Positions 63,580-64,000 of a DNA stretch of 64,000 nt are shown one piece after another; the first letter of the stretch is position 1; every line of letters starts with the position of its first letter. The notes under the pieces were generated by a model. That model saw only the letters and a program-made list of their open reading frames with translations. It was not told where the DNA came from and did not search any database. The translations under genes and the position numbers were made by a program. The DNA is from the human T2T-CHM13v2.0 reference genome, Homo sapiens: NCBI RefSeq assembly GCF_009914755.1, contig NC_060927.1; one strand, written 5' to 3'.

Positions 63580-64000
63580 CTGTGGAGGATAGTTGTTTGG
63601 CTAATCTAACACCCATTCCCAGCCTCCTTTTCTTTGTTCATGAGAAGTTGAGAAATTAAGATTCCAACTTCCCTAGCCTCCCTTCCAATGAGATTGTGTG
63701 ACTCAGTACTGTCCAATAAACTGTAAGGGGATGCTGCCAGGACATTTCTAGGAAATCTTTTCATTAAAAAGAGAGAAAAACATGAGGAGAAAGTAATTCT
63801 CTTTTTGCCATCACCCTTACTCCCTTTTGTGTTGGATCTGCACATGGATAAAATGGCCGCAGTCATCTTAGGACCAAGAGGGTGAGGGCAAGATGATACC
63901 AGTGACCCTGACCTAGTGCCCCTACCTTGTTGAATCACTGGCCCAACCATGGGGTTACCAGCTTTCTGATTCCTTATTAGATTATTTAAAAAATACTTTC
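63580..64000 (+). mobile_element. MLT1 (J/K-like) LTR
   Basis: aacacccattcccagc..cttccctagcctccctt..gcagtcatcttaggaccaagagg. Confidence 0.65.

Overview
This is primate (human-like) genomic DNA: AT-rich, about half interspersed repeats (Alu, L1, L2, MIR, CR1/L3, MaLR and ERV LTRs, hAT DNA transposons), with no intact protein-coding gene, RNA gene or CRISPR array. The ORF-track entries are spurious or are fragments of L1, Alu or LTR elements. The main hidden feature is a decayed, intron-containing gene on the minus strand. I reconstructed ten exon remnants from about 33652 down to about 10497. Most have canonical AG/GT boundaries and compatible phases. Their joined translation follows CNBD1 (cyclic nucleotide-binding domain containing 1; comparison from memory) from N- to C-terminus at low identity, with many stops and frameshifts, so it is a probable unitary pseudogene of a lost CNBD1 paralog. 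Other notable structures: a templated inverted duplication plus tandem duplication (16184-17670), an ancient CR1 reverse-transcriptase fossil (~8500-9150), two 5'-inverted L1 insertions (one with a possible short 3' transduction), solo MER11 and MER52 LTRs, and a three-level FLAM/MST/AluY nest. Subfamily names and homologies are by eye and from recalled consensus sequences, so all need confirmation by search.
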